IMG/VR virus record: IMGVR_UViG_3300042301_003793
Direction: 5' to 3' (one strand)
Length of the DNA: 64,000 nucleotides
DNA from: a virus
Position numbers and translations under genes: made by a program. Below are positions 1 through 9,254 of this stretch, one piece after another. The notes beneath the pieces were generated by a model. The model made no database searches and was not told where the DNA came from. It was given only the letters and a program-made list of their open reading frames with translations. Within the stretch, counting starts at the first letter, position 1, and each line of letters begins with the position of its first letter.

Positions 1-112
1 GTAGGAATGTTCCATCAGCTTCTATCATATCACGAAGTTCTCTTCTTCGTGGTAGTAAAGTTTTAGATTCGGTTAACGGAATGTATTTTTTTATTTTTTT
101 TGGTAATGCCAT
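1..112 (-). CDS. 5' part of a hypothetical phage protein running off the window edge (MALPKKIKKYIPLTESKTLLPRRRELRDMIEADGTFL...)
   Basis: Manual translation: ATG at 112 just after the stop of 115..627, open to position 1. Confidence 0.6.
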   Translation of the reverse strand, partial: MALPKKIKKYIPLTESKTLLPRRRELRDMIEADGTFL

Positions 113-114
113 TA

Positions 115-627
115 TTATAATGCTCTAAATTCGTTAGGTCCGACTGGTGCCGCAACAATTGTTTTATAAAAAGGTCTGTATCCTTTATATGTATGTTTAA
201 AATCAGATACAACCCTACCGTCATTAACAACCGTATAGTATCTTACAAAATTTTCTGTGTCGTAGTACCCAACATAGTCACCAAGGTCAATGTCTATTCC
301 AAGTTCCTCAAGTGTTTTTAAATAAACAGATATTGTTATATTACCTGGTTCAAGTTGTACGTTTTTAGTAGTACCAACATTTTTATTTTCTGGCGTTGCA
401 ATTTGAACAAATGCTCCAAACTCGATTGGTGGTAAAAATTTAATACCGTCTGATACAGTTTCACCATAAACATCATCAGTTTTTGTTTTTGTTTTATCAA
501 CTTTGTAAAGAACACAAGTAAAATTCAAATCACCAATTAACCACTCTTGACCCATCTCAAGTTCAAGGTTAAAATCACTATCCCCAAAAAATTTACCAAG
601 TCTTGTTATTGGAAGTCTATTTTGCAT
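115..627 (-). CDS. Putative neck/head-closure protein (T4 gp14-like)
   Basis: 170 aa with YGE and LGDYVGY segments resembling gp14/head-closure proteins; gp13-like gene nearby; TATTTAT motif upstream. Confidence 0.5.
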   Translation of the reverse strand: MQNRLPITRLGKFFGDSDFNLELEMGQEWLIGDLNFTCVLYKVDKTKTKTDDVYGETVSDGIKFLPPIEFGAFVQIATPENKNVGTTKNVQLEPGNITISVYLKTLEELGIDIDLGDYVGYYDTENFVRYYTVVNDGRVVSDFKHTYKGYRPFYKTIVAAPVGPNEFRAL

Positions 628-687
628 TTTGTATTATTTATTGATAAATATTGTTTTTATTATTATTTTTATTTATAACTTGCAATT

Positions 688-2448
688 TTGGAATTACAAA
701 AACAATTAATAGAACATAAAGCACTCGATTTGTTGGATTCATATAGTGGAGGTAATAACCATATTCTTTATATGAAAACCAAAAAAGAAACTAATAAAAA
801 GTTTTACCCAACAAGGACTCAAGCAGAATATGTAGTAACGTATTTTGATACAAAACCAAAGGTTGCTCGTAAGTGGGTTGAACTTGACCCTTACTTTGCT
901 AAAAAGTTTGCACAAGAAAGATATTTGTTAGAAACACCAGAAAAAGTTTATATTGAAAAACTACTTGTTGAAAAAGATAAATCATATCATATCTGGGGTA
1001 AGTTTTTTGAAAAAGATAATCTTTCTGAATTTTGGGTTCCCAAATCATCTTTAATTAAATCACAAACTGTGGATGAGGTTAATATTGATTATTCTAAATA
1101 CGAACACAGACCACCCCTATCACACCAGAAAGAAGCTATAGAAAAACTGGTTGGTTCCAGAAGATTTATTTTAGCTGATGATATGGGACTTGGTAAAACA
1201 ACCTCAACAATTATTGCTGCTTTAGAAACTGGCGCAAAGAAAATTTTGATTGTTTGTCCAGCGTCACTTAAAATAAACTGGGAAAGAGAAATTGCAAATT
1301 ATTCAGATAGAACCTGTTTTATTGCTGAAGGTAAAAAATTTTCAACTGAAGCTGATTTTGTTATTGTAAACTATGATATATTAAAAAACTTTCACAGTAA
1401 GGAAGATAAAGAAAACTCATTATTATTACAATCAAAGTTTGAACTTGTGATTTTAGATGAAGCCCATATGGTTTCTAACGCTCAAGCTCAAAGAACAAAA
1501 CTTATAAATGATTTTGTAAAAAATATAAAAAGAGTTTGGTTGTTAACTGGTACACCAATGACATCTAGACCAATTAATTATTATAACTTATTAAATATAA
1601 TTGAAAGTCCAGTAGCACAAAACTGGATGGCTTATGCTATTCGTTATTGTCAAGGATTTCAGTTTAGAGCTGGAAATAGAAAGGTGTGGAATGTTACTGG
1701 AGCGTCAAACCTAGAAGAATTAAGGGATAGAACTTCAAAACAAATTCTGAGAAGATTAAAAGAAAATGTTTTAGATTTACCAGATAAAATTATTACACCA
1801 GTTTATCTAAGGACTTCATCAAAAGAATACAAAGATTTGATGGGGGAATACTACGAATGGTTAGAAAATAAAAAAGAAGAATCATCTTCACTTACCGTTC
1901 AGTTTTCAAAATTAATGAAAGTAAGAAAAGTAATTGCAAATGAAAAAGTAAAAGATACAATTGAGTTTGCACAGAACATTATAGACCAAGGAAAAAAAGT
2001 AATCATATTTACAAATTTCACAGACACGTTGCAGTTAATTCATAATCACTTTGGTAAAGAATCAGTATACCTTGATGGTAGTTGTAATAAAGTACAAAGA
2101 CAGTATGCTGTTGACCAATTCCAGGAAAATGAAAAAATTAAAGTATTTGTTGGTAACCTAAAAGCGGCCGGTGTTGGACTTACTTTAACAGCTGCCGAAG
2201 TTGTAATAATGAATGATTTATCATTCGTACCAGCCGAACACGCTCAAGCAGAAGATAGAGCATATCGTTACGGTCAGAAAAATAATGTTCTTGTTTATTA
2301 CCCAATTTTTGAAAACACAATTGAAGGTGTTATCTATGATATACTAAATAAAAAGAAAAAAGTTATTGGTACTGTAATGGGAGATGAATTACAAGAATCT
2401 GGTGATGTTGTTGAAGAAATACTAAATTTAATAAACAAAAGAAATTAG
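688..2448 (+). CDS. SNF2-family (SMARCAL1/HARP-like) helicase
   Basis: ILADDMGLGKT Walker A, DEAH box, LTGTP, AAGVGLTL, QAEDRAYRYGQ motif VI; TTG start. Confidence 0.9.
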   Translation: MELQKQLIEHKALDLLDSYSGGNNHILYMKTKKETNKKFYPTRTQAEYVVTYFDTKPKVARKWVELDPYFAKKFAQERYLLETPEKVYIEKLLVEKDKSYHIWGKFFEKDNLSEFWVPKSSLIKSQTVDEVNIDYSKYEHRPPLSHQKEAIEKLVGSRRFILADDMGLGKTTSTIIAALETGAKKILIVCPASLKINWEREIANYSDRTCFIAEGKKFSTEADFVIVNYDILKNFHSKEDKENSLLLQSKFELVILDEAHMVSNAQAQRTKLINDFVKNIKRVWLLTGTPMTSRPINYYNLLNIIESPVAQNWMAYAIRYCQGFQFRAGNRKVWNVTGASNLEELRDRTSKQILRRLKENVLDLPDKIITPVYLRTSSKEYKDLMGEYYEWLENKKEESSSLTVQFSKLMKVRKVIANEKVKDTIEFAQNIIDQGKKVIIFTNFTDTLQLIHNHFGKESVYLDGSCNKVQRQYAVDQFQENEKIKVFVGNLKAAGVGLTLTAAEVVIMNDLSFVPAEHAQAEDRAYRYGQKNNVLVYYPIFENTIEGVIYDILNKKKKVIGTVMGDELQESGDVVEEILNLINKRN

Positions 2449-2450
2449 CT

Positions 2451-2480
2451 AATCCCACCTAAAAGTGGGGTTTTTTATTT
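2451..2480 (+). terminator. Intrinsic terminator after helicase
   Basis: AATCCCAC-CTAAAA-GTGGGGTT stem-loop followed by T tract. Confidence 0.75.
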
Positions 2481-2499
2481 TATAATATATTTATAGTTA

Positions 2500-4596
2500 A
2501 TGAAAGTTAAGGTAAAACATATAAAGTGTGAGATGTCCGAAAAAGACAGAAAGTTAGCAAACGATTTTATAAAATTTTTACAAAAAAAATATCCATTAAA
2601 AGAAGAAATTACAATTATTTTTACTGGTGAAAGATTTGGTACAATGACATCTGGAAGTAGAACTCAAGATTCTGAATTAAAAATATTAACTAAAGGAAGA
2701 ATGAATAGAGATATTTTTAGAACTTTAGCACACGAATGGGTACACGAATGGCAAATGAATGTAAAAGGAAAAAAACCAACTAACGATGGTATTGGTGGTC
2801 CTTTGGAAGATGAAGCAAATGCTAAAGCCGGTTTTTTATTAAAGAAATTTGAAAAACGATTTCCAGAAAAAGAAGAAATGATGTATGAAGGTTTAAATAA
2901 AAAAATTAATTTATTAAAAGAAAATATTTTAATTACTGAAAAAGAAAACATCAAAAAAGAATTTCTTTTAGAGATGAAAAAGATTGGAATTGAAAAGTTA
3001 CCGTATTCGTACTCAGCATTAAAACAATTTGTTGATCCAGAAACAATGAACATACATTATAACAAACATTATAAAGGTTATGTTAAAAAATTAAATGATG
3101 CTCTTTCTAAAAAAAATTATAAAGATGTTGATTTAGAAGATATTATAAAATCTATTAGTAAGTACGATACAAAAGTTAGAAACAACGCAGGTGGTGCATT
3201 TAATCACGCATTGTTTTGGAAAATGTTATCACCAAAAAAACAAATCCCAAAAGGTGAGATTTTTGAAAAAATTACCAAACAATATGGTAATATTAAAAAA
3301 ATGAAGGACGAGTTTAATGAAGTTGCTAAAGAAAGGTTTGGTTCTGGTTGGGTTTGGCTTGTTTTAACAAAGACAAATAGATTAAAAATTATGTCCACAC
3401 CAAACCAAGATAATCCACTTATGAATATTATTAAAGATGGTGGATATCCACTTCTTGGTCTTGATTTGTGGGAACACGCATATTATCTTAGATATAGAAA
3501 TAAAAGAGATGAATACATTAAAAAGTTCTGGAACCATATAAATTGGGAATTTGTTAATGAACTTTATGTTGGTAAATCTAAGAAAAAATTAAACGAAACA
3601 TATTTGAGGGTTCTATTAGAAAGTGAAGAGTTTGAACCCGATGTTAAACGAGCGATGAATAGAGAACTACAAAAAATTAGATTAATTCCTTTAGATGCTG
3701 AAGCCGCTGAAGTTGCTATTAATAATATTATAACAACTGAAATTGAAGAACGTGGTTTAAAATTTAATAGAACAATAGAAGGTCTTATGAATTTAGATTT
3801 ATCTGAAACATCAGAAAGAACAAGATTTAGATTTAATAATTATTACCAAAGATTTATTAGAAGTAGATCTAGAGGTTTAGATTTTGAAGCGTTGATTTCT
3901 GGTTTACTTGGTGGACAAATTTCTTCTGGTTTAAACACACCTTATGATTTAGTAACACCAGAAGGATTAAAGATTTCTTGTAAGATAGTAAGAAACACAA
4001 GTGAGTCACCGGTTTTGAAAGGAATTAAAGCATCACTTTCTGGGTATATTAATTCATACACCGGTAGTGAAGAAAATAAAAAATATTTACAGTCAATCGA
4101 AAGTGAGTCTAATTTTATTGCTCAGTTGATTAGCAGTCAAAACCAAGACATTGTTAATGTTGCCGAAGATTTAATTGAGTACTTATTAAGTGATATTGAC
4201 GGTATGTTATTAGGAGTTCCAAATGAAAGTTATAATATATCACTATATTATTATGATAAGAATGCCATTAAAAACATTCTTAAATTACCTGGTATGACGA
4301 CAGCACCAAAATCAAAAAATTCACAACAAATAAGATTTTCAACAAAGATATTAAAATTAACCAATTCTGATGTGGCACCACAAAGAGGTGCAATAAAGTT
4401 TCCAGAAATATCAACCCAAGAATATTCAGAATTTTTATTAGGTGACGATAAAACAAAAGAAGTTCTTGATTTATTTAATAACTTAGGTCAAAAATATGGT
4501 GTTGGTAAATTAGGTGATAACATCCCACAAGATATAATTAGGAACCTTTCTAGAAATGAAAGATTCAAAATAGACGTAAGAAGAATACTAAAATAA
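2500..4596 (+). CDS. Multidomain protein: HExxH domain + Mn-type superoxide dismutase domain + possible PD-(D/E)xK nuclease-like domain
   Basis: AHEWVH near N-terminus; SOD motifs LPYSYSAL, HYNKH, RNNAGGAFNH, FGSGWVWL, TPNQD, DLWEHAYY; C-terminal GLDFE...YD...KISCK. Confidence 0.8.
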   Translation: MKVKVKHIKCEMSEKDRKLANDFIKFLQKKYPLKEEITIIFTGERFGTMTSGSRTQDSELKILTKGRMNRDIFRTLAHEWVHEWQMNVKGKKPTNDGIGGPLEDEANAKAGFLLKKFEKRFPEKEEMMYEGLNKKINLLKENILITEKENIKKEFLLEMKKIGIEKLPYSYSALKQFVDPETMNIHYNKHYKGYVKKLNDALSKKNYKDVDLEDIIKSISKYDTKVRNNAGGAFNHALFWKMLSPKKQIPKGEIFEKITKQYGNIKKMKDEFNEVAKERFGSGWVWLVLTKTNRLKIMSTPNQDNPLMNIIKDGGYPLLGLDLWEHAYYLRYRNKRDEYIKKFWNHINWEFVNELYVGKSKKKLNETYLRVLLESEEFEPDVKRAMNRELQKIRLIPLDAEAAEVAINNIITTEIEERGLKFNRTIEGLMNLDLSETSERTRFRFNNYYQRFIRSRSRGLDFEALISGLLGGQISSGLNTPYDLVTPEGLKISCKIVRNTSESPVLKGIKASLSGYINSYTGSEENKKYLQSIESESNFIAQLISSQNQDIVNVAEDLIEYLLSDIDGMLLGVPNESYNISLYYYDKNAIKNILKLPGMTTAPKSKNSQQIRFSTKILKLTNSDVAPQRGAIKFPEISTQEYSEFLLGDDKTKEVLDLFNNLGQKYGVGKLGDNIPQDIIRNLSRNERFKIDVRRILK

Positions 4597-4627
4597 TTTA
4601 TTGTGATATTTATATAAAAAAATCACA

Positions 4628-5755
4628 ATGGCAATTATTGATGAACCAAACAGAAGTAAATTATACACAAAAGTAAGGCATTTACTTGGTGCACCACTTA
4701 GAAGTGTTGAGTTAGAAGATGAACAAATGGACACTCTTTTAGAATTTTCTATCGACGAGTATTCACAATATGTTCAAGACTGGTTAATTGAATCACAATG
4801 GACCGCACTTTATAATCTTAATTTAGACACACAATCATTAACAAAAGCTTTTACAACTAGAAGTCTTGATTATGAAACAAGATACACATATGCCTATTCA
4901 AAAATCGTAGGTCTACAAGCTGGTGGTGACTCTGTGTTGAAAAAGGATTATATACAATTAGTACCTAAACAACAGATATATGAAATTCCCGCTGGTCGTG
5001 AATTAAACGAATTGTTATGGTATTCTCCACCAGAATTAAATAATATGGTATTTGACCCTTGGTCTTTTGGATCTTTAGGTGTTGGTGGAGGTCTCGGAGG
5101 AGGTGGAGGTTTAGCTCAAATGGGTAATATGGGTGGTAGTTATTTTATGATGCCAGCTTTTGATATGTTATTAAGAATGCAAGAAATTAACATACAAAGA
5201 AGAATTATTGCCGGTGAATTAACATATCGTGTAACAGCATTACCAGAAGGTAAAAAAGCTGTTCATTTAATGAATACACCTGGTGGTAAATTTGACTTTG
5301 GTAATGGGACATTAATGAGAGGTAGAGTTTGGTATTGGTATTACGATGATGGTGGTGATAGAGATAAATGTTTGGCTGAAAATCCAGACATAATAAGACT
5401 ACCATCGGATGTTCCATTTGATAAAATGGGTTGGAACGATTTAAATAATCCAGCACAAGTTTGGGTTAGAAGATGGTTTATTGCTTATTGTAAGGAAACA
5501 TTATCTAGAGTACGAGGTAAGTTTAGTGGAAACTTAAAAACAGGTGAAGGTGGTGATTTAACTATGGATTACACATCACTGGCAACTGAAGCTAAAGATG
5601 AAAAGACAAAACTTATTGATGAACTTATTGGTGCTGAAGGAAGACTTACAAGATTGAAACCAGAAAAAGTTATGGAACGTGAAGCATTACTTGCTGAAAA
5701 CTTAAATAAACAGCTCAAGTTTAGAGCTATGCCAAGACAAATTTATGTGATATGA
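4628..5755 (+). CDS. Neck protein (T4 gp13-like)
   Basis: N-terminal VELEDEQ.. and C-terminal WVRRWFIAYCKE..RGKF..GGDLTMDY..L..EAKDEK pattern typical of gp13-like proteins. Confidence 0.7.
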   Translation: MAIIDEPNRSKLYTKVRHLLGAPLRSVELEDEQMDTLLEFSIDEYSQYVQDWLIESQWTALYNLNLDTQSLTKAFTTRSLDYETRYTYAYSKIVGLQAGGDSVLKKDYIQLVPKQQIYEIPAGRELNELLWYSPPELNNMVFDPWSFGSLGVGGGLGGGGGLAQMGNMGGSYFMMPAFDMLLRMQEINIQRRIIAGELTYRVTALPEGKKAVHLMNTPGGKFDFGNGTLMRGRVWYWYYDDGGDRDKCLAENPDIIRLPSDVPFDKMGWNDLNNPAQVWVRRWFIAYCKETLSRVRGKFSGNLKTGEGGDLTMDYTSLATEAKDEKTKLIDELIGAEGRLTRLKPEKVMEREALLAENLNKQLKFRAMPRQIYVI

Positions 5756-6126
5756 TAAGAGTTGAAAACATAACACCAAGAAAAAATATTGTAAAATATC
5801 AAACACATATTCCGATTGAAATACCAAGTGAGGTTGTGGTGGTACCACAAGTTACTAATAAAGTAATTTCAGAACCAATTTATAAAACTGGTGAAGAATC
5901 TTTATTAATTGTAAGAAACGTAGAACAATCCGAAGTTACTTTAAATTCTGAAACAAGTTCTAAAATTACAATAAAATCTTTATCTAGTGTTATTGTAAAA
6001 ACTGATATTGGTCAAATTGATGAAGAATGGGATGAACTCCTTTTAGAAAAAGGAGCTTGTGTTCAGTTTCAGTTTGTTGAAGGAAACTGGTATATCCTAT
6101 CAAGTGACGGTTTAAAACTTGGTTAA
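5752..6126 (+). CDS. Hypothetical protein (possibly virion)
   Basis: 124-aa ORF coupled by a 4-nt overlap to the neck gene. Confidence 0.65.
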   Translation: MIRVENITPRKNIVKYQTHIPIEIPSEVVVVPQVTNKVISEPIYKTGEESLLIVRNVEQSEVTLNSETSSKITIKSLSSVIVKTDIGQIDEEWDELLLEKGACVQFQFVEGNWYILSSDGLKLG

Positions 6127-8918
6127 ATATATTCTTCCCACCCTTCTTCTGCTAATTCGTAAATATATTGTGGGTTTATACCAACATTTTCCCAAAACTC
6201 AACTTCTCCCTTTTCCATATCGATGAGGTCTTTTTGTATATCATCCTGATCTTTTTCCTCAAATGGAACTCCATTAATTAATTCACACTGGTCTTTTGTA
6301 AAGAATGGTCTTTCTTCTGGATTCTTAACTAAAAGTCCATCTCTTACTTCTTCTTTAAAAACAACAAGTAATGGTTCCACTCTTTTATTAAATGTTGCAA
6401 TCGCTCTTTGAATATTATATTCACCAGTAAGTCCTGGGTTACTTTCTAATTCTTGGGGATTAATTCTATAACAGTTAAGTTGTATAACAGATTCTATCGT
6501 ATCTGGATTTAATTTTGTATTTGAAAAGAAAGTTTTTAGTTGTTCGTCATTCCACCCTTTCTTTGGTTTATTAACTTTCTGAACATCACCGTGTGAAGCT
6601 TTTGTTCCGTTGTTTACATAATAGATTACATCACCAAGATTAACATTAAGACCTTCATTTATTGCAAGTTCCATATGGGCTTGTCGTGACATTAAAGCAC
6701 CGGCCTTTGTTTTAGTTTTACTTCTTTTGATGTAGTCATCAATTGATTGTTTAATTTTTGCCTTACTTGCGATATCCATTAAAGGAATTTTTTGGTCAAA
6801 TATTTTTTGTAGGTATTCATAGTACCATTCAACAAACCCTTGTCCATTACCATTAAGTAATAGTTTAACTCCTTTATCTAAAAATAACTCAATATACTTT
6901 GGCATCTTTTTAGATTTAATTGTATTTCCTGTAAGTTTTACTTTACCATTATGTTCTAATGTTGCATAGTTTTTACGAGCTAAGTTAATACAAGAATCCC
7001 AAGTTCCGTCACAATCAAGACCCATTGTACCACGCATGAACCGGTCGTTAAATTCGGCCACATCAGCATCATACCCAGTATATTCTTTTCCTTCTTTAAC
7101 TAACCAATTTAATCCACGACCAATGTATTTTCTATCCTCAACTCCCCCATCTGGTAATGAAAAGTTCATACCGTCCGTATCACATACAAGTGGAGTGTAC
7201 CCTCTTTTCATAAAGAATTTTAACATCTGTCTTAAATACTGTCTACCAGTACAAGTAATTTGTTCTCCCATATCCATATCACCCCACGGAAATACTTGTG
7301 GGGCGGAAAGAGCACCAAATAAAGAGTTAATAAAAATCTTAATTGGTAACTGTTTTGTATCATAAGATTTGGCCTTCTTTTTATCAATTGATTTGTATTC
7401 TGATGCCAAGTTCTTATACATAATACGGCTATCCCTAAAATAAGATAATAAACCTTTCATTACACCAGTTATGTCCGATTCTGGGAATACATCGTGTGTT
7501 AATTGAATTGAAGGATAAAGGGATGAGTAGTCAAGTTTTAATACGTCTTTTGAATAACCAGTCTTTAATAATCTTGATAATCCACCAACAAAGTTTCTTT
7601 TTTCTTTTTTTGCTGGAATTGCAAGACCATTCTTATACGACCAGGCAAGCATTACAAGCTTCCAGATTGTGGCTGTACCCATTGTTGATACTCTTTCATA
7701 TGTTGTTGGAAGAAGTGATGCTAGAAGAAAGGACCCTTGGTTAAATTCTTCATCAACAAGTAGCGTCTCTTCTAAGTCATCGTCAAGGTAACGTTCAACA
7801 ATATCATCACCCGTTGTTTGAATATAGATGTCAGTTCTTCTTGAACAAACCTCATCTATCTTCTCATCTACACCAACCTTTTTATATTTACCGTTTTCTA
7901 TATTTAACCAGTATAAGTTTTTTTCTTTGTATAAAGAACCAATCTTATCGTGGTCTATGTACACTCGGTCAGCAGCTTCACCATCAATAAATTTTGTGAT
8001 GTATTTAAGACCCGCCTCTTTGATTGACGAATTAATTGCTTGTGCTCTACGAACTGAATGTATAATATCAATAATGTTATAACCCCACATTTGAGTTTGG
8101 GTAAATTTCTCAACCTCATTACCAAGTTTTAACATTGAATCTTTTTGTGTGATTGACCTTTCACCGTGAAGTGACTTTGCAATTTTTTTAATATCAAGAT
8201 TTAACATCTTACATCTTTCGTAAATCCAATACCAGTCAAAGTTTGCTGAGTTATAACCAGAAATGATTGATGGTTTTATTTCGTCTATAATTTTAAAGAA
8301 CTCAACAAGACCTTTTCGTTCTTCGTCTTCATTTGAGCATTCAATTACTTTTCTATAACCTTTATTTGTTTTAATTCCAATCATAAAGATTCTCCCATCT
8401 CTAGGTTCTAGAGATGTGGTCTCAAGGTCAAATACAAGTCTTGTGATATCATTGTAATCTTCAAATCCTTTAAACAACCTTTTTTCTTTTGAAACTAAGA
8501 ATTGTTCTGTCGGTGTTAACATTAAAAACTTGTCTTTTGCTTTTTCACCCCAAGGATCTATACCACCATCTCTAAAAAATTGTGATAGAGCTCTATACCC
8601 TTTTAATGATTTAACAAGGAATGTTAAACCTTTTTCTAATTGTTCATTTCCGTCTGTTCTTAACTTCTCAATAACAATTCCGTATTTGGACATTGCTTCT
8701 TTTTGTAATGCTTTTGAACCTTGATAAAAGTTAAGTCCACGTAAGTCACCGACCCACGCAAATGCTATTAAACTATCTCTAACGATTGATTTTCCCTTTT
8801 CGGGTACTTCTTTGATTTTATAAATGTGGTCTTTTTGATAATCAAACTCTATTGCCACAATGTGTTCTTCAGGGTCGTTTCCTTCTAGAAACGATTTAAT
8901 TTCTTCTGCTGTAATCAT
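6123..8918 (-). CDS. polB: Family B DNA polymerase with 3'-5' exonuclease domain (start probably 8918; ORF track extends to 8963)
   Basis: ExoI DLETT, ExoII YNSANFDW, motif A LDYSSLYPSI, motif B KIFINSLFG, motif C CDTDG. Confidence 0.92.
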   Translation of the reverse strand: MITAEEIKSFLEGNDPEEHIVAIEFDYQKDHIYKIKEVPEKGKSIVRDSLIAFAWVGDLRGLNFYQGSKALQKEAMSKYGIVIEKLRTDGNEQLEKGLTFLVKSLKGYRALSQFFRDGGIDPWGEKAKDKFLMLTPTEQFLVSKEKRLFKGFEDYNDITRLVFDLETTSLEPRDGRIFMIGIKTNKGYRKVIECSNEDEERKGLVEFFKIIDEIKPSIISGYNSANFDWYWIYERCKMLNLDIKKIAKSLHGERSITQKDSMLKLGNEVEKFTQTQMWGYNIIDIIHSVRRAQAINSSIKEAGLKYITKFIDGEAADRVYIDHDKIGSLYKEKNLYWLNIENGKYKKVGVDEKIDEVCSRRTDIYIQTTGDDIVERYLDDDLEETLLVDEEFNQGSFLLASLLPTTYERVSTMGTATIWKLVMLAWSYKNGLAIPAKKEKRNFVGGLSRLLKTGYSKDVLKLDYSSLYPSIQLTHDVFPESDITGVMKGLLSYFRDSRIMYKNLASEYKSIDKKKAKSYDTKQLPIKIFINSLFGALSAPQVFPWGDMDMGEQITCTGRQYLRQMLKFFMKRGYTPLVCDTDGMNFSLPDGGVEDRKYIGRGLNWLVKEGKEYTGYDADVAEFNDRFMRGTMGLDCDGTWDSCINLARKNYATLEHNGKVKLTGNTIKSKKMPKYIELFLDKGVKLLLNGNGQGFVEWYYEYLQKIFDQKIPLMDIASKAKIKQSIDDYIKRSKTKTKAGALMSRQAHMELAINEGLNVNLGDVIYYVNNGTKASHGDVQKVNKPKKGWNDEQLKTFFSNTKLNPDTIESVIQLNCYRINPQELESNPGLTGEYNIQRAIATFNKRVEPLLVVFKEEVRDGLLVKNPEERPFFTKDQCELINGVPFEEKDQDDIQKDLIDMEKGEVEFWENVGINPQYIYELAEEGWEEYI

Positions 8919-8945
8919 AATATATTTTTTGAGTGGTTCATTTGC

Positions 8946-8962
8946 TGTCGTGTAAAACGACA
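8946..8962 (-). promoter_or_regulatory. Hairpin in the polymerase leader
   Basis: TGTCGT-GTAAA-ACGACA perfect 6-bp stem between promoter and ATG 8918. Confidence 0.4.
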
Positions 8963-8979
8963 TTTACCTTACCTAAATA

Positions 8980-9008
8980 AATATATTGATTTACCTAACT
9001 AATGTCAA
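8980..9008 (-). promoter_or_regulatory. Sigma70-like promoter for DNA polymerase
   Basis: Minus strand TTGACA (9008-9003), 17-nt spacer, TATATT (8985-8980). Confidence 0.65.
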
Positions 9009-9036
9009 ATAAAAAACCCCAACTTTTGATTGGGGT
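9008..9036 (-). terminator. Intrinsic terminator ending the fibre transcript upstream of polB
   Basis: ACCCCAA-CTTTTGA-TTGGGGT stem-loop; A tract at 9011-9015 gives a U tract on the minus strand. Confidence 0.7.
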
Positions 9037-9048
9037 GGGTTTAATTTT

Positions 9049-9231
9049 TTAATTTAACAATAAAGCGTGTAATTCTTGCTCAGTCCAAACTTCTTTAAAT
9101 TCAACCTCTTTAAGAACTGGTCCATTTTCAGTTCTGAATCTAATTCCTCTTGGAACTTGTCTAATCGCTTTTACTTTGTGTTCACCAATTGTAATTGGTT
9201 CTTCATACTTAAATAATAATTTGATTTCCAT
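9049..9231 (-). CDS. Small hypothetical protein
   Basis: 60-aa ORF with A-rich start context, co-oriented with the fibre gene. Confidence 0.6.
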   Translation of the reverse strand: MEIKLLFKYEEPITIGEHKVKAIRQVPRGIRFRTENGPVLKEVEFKEVWTEQELHALLLN

Positions 9232-9254
9232 TTTTTTTGTTTTATTTTTATTTA

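Noticed and set aside
6123-8963. Intein or intron in DNA polymerase
   Set aside because: The ORF is continuous, motifs are at ordinary spacing, and no intein N- or C-terminal signatures were seen
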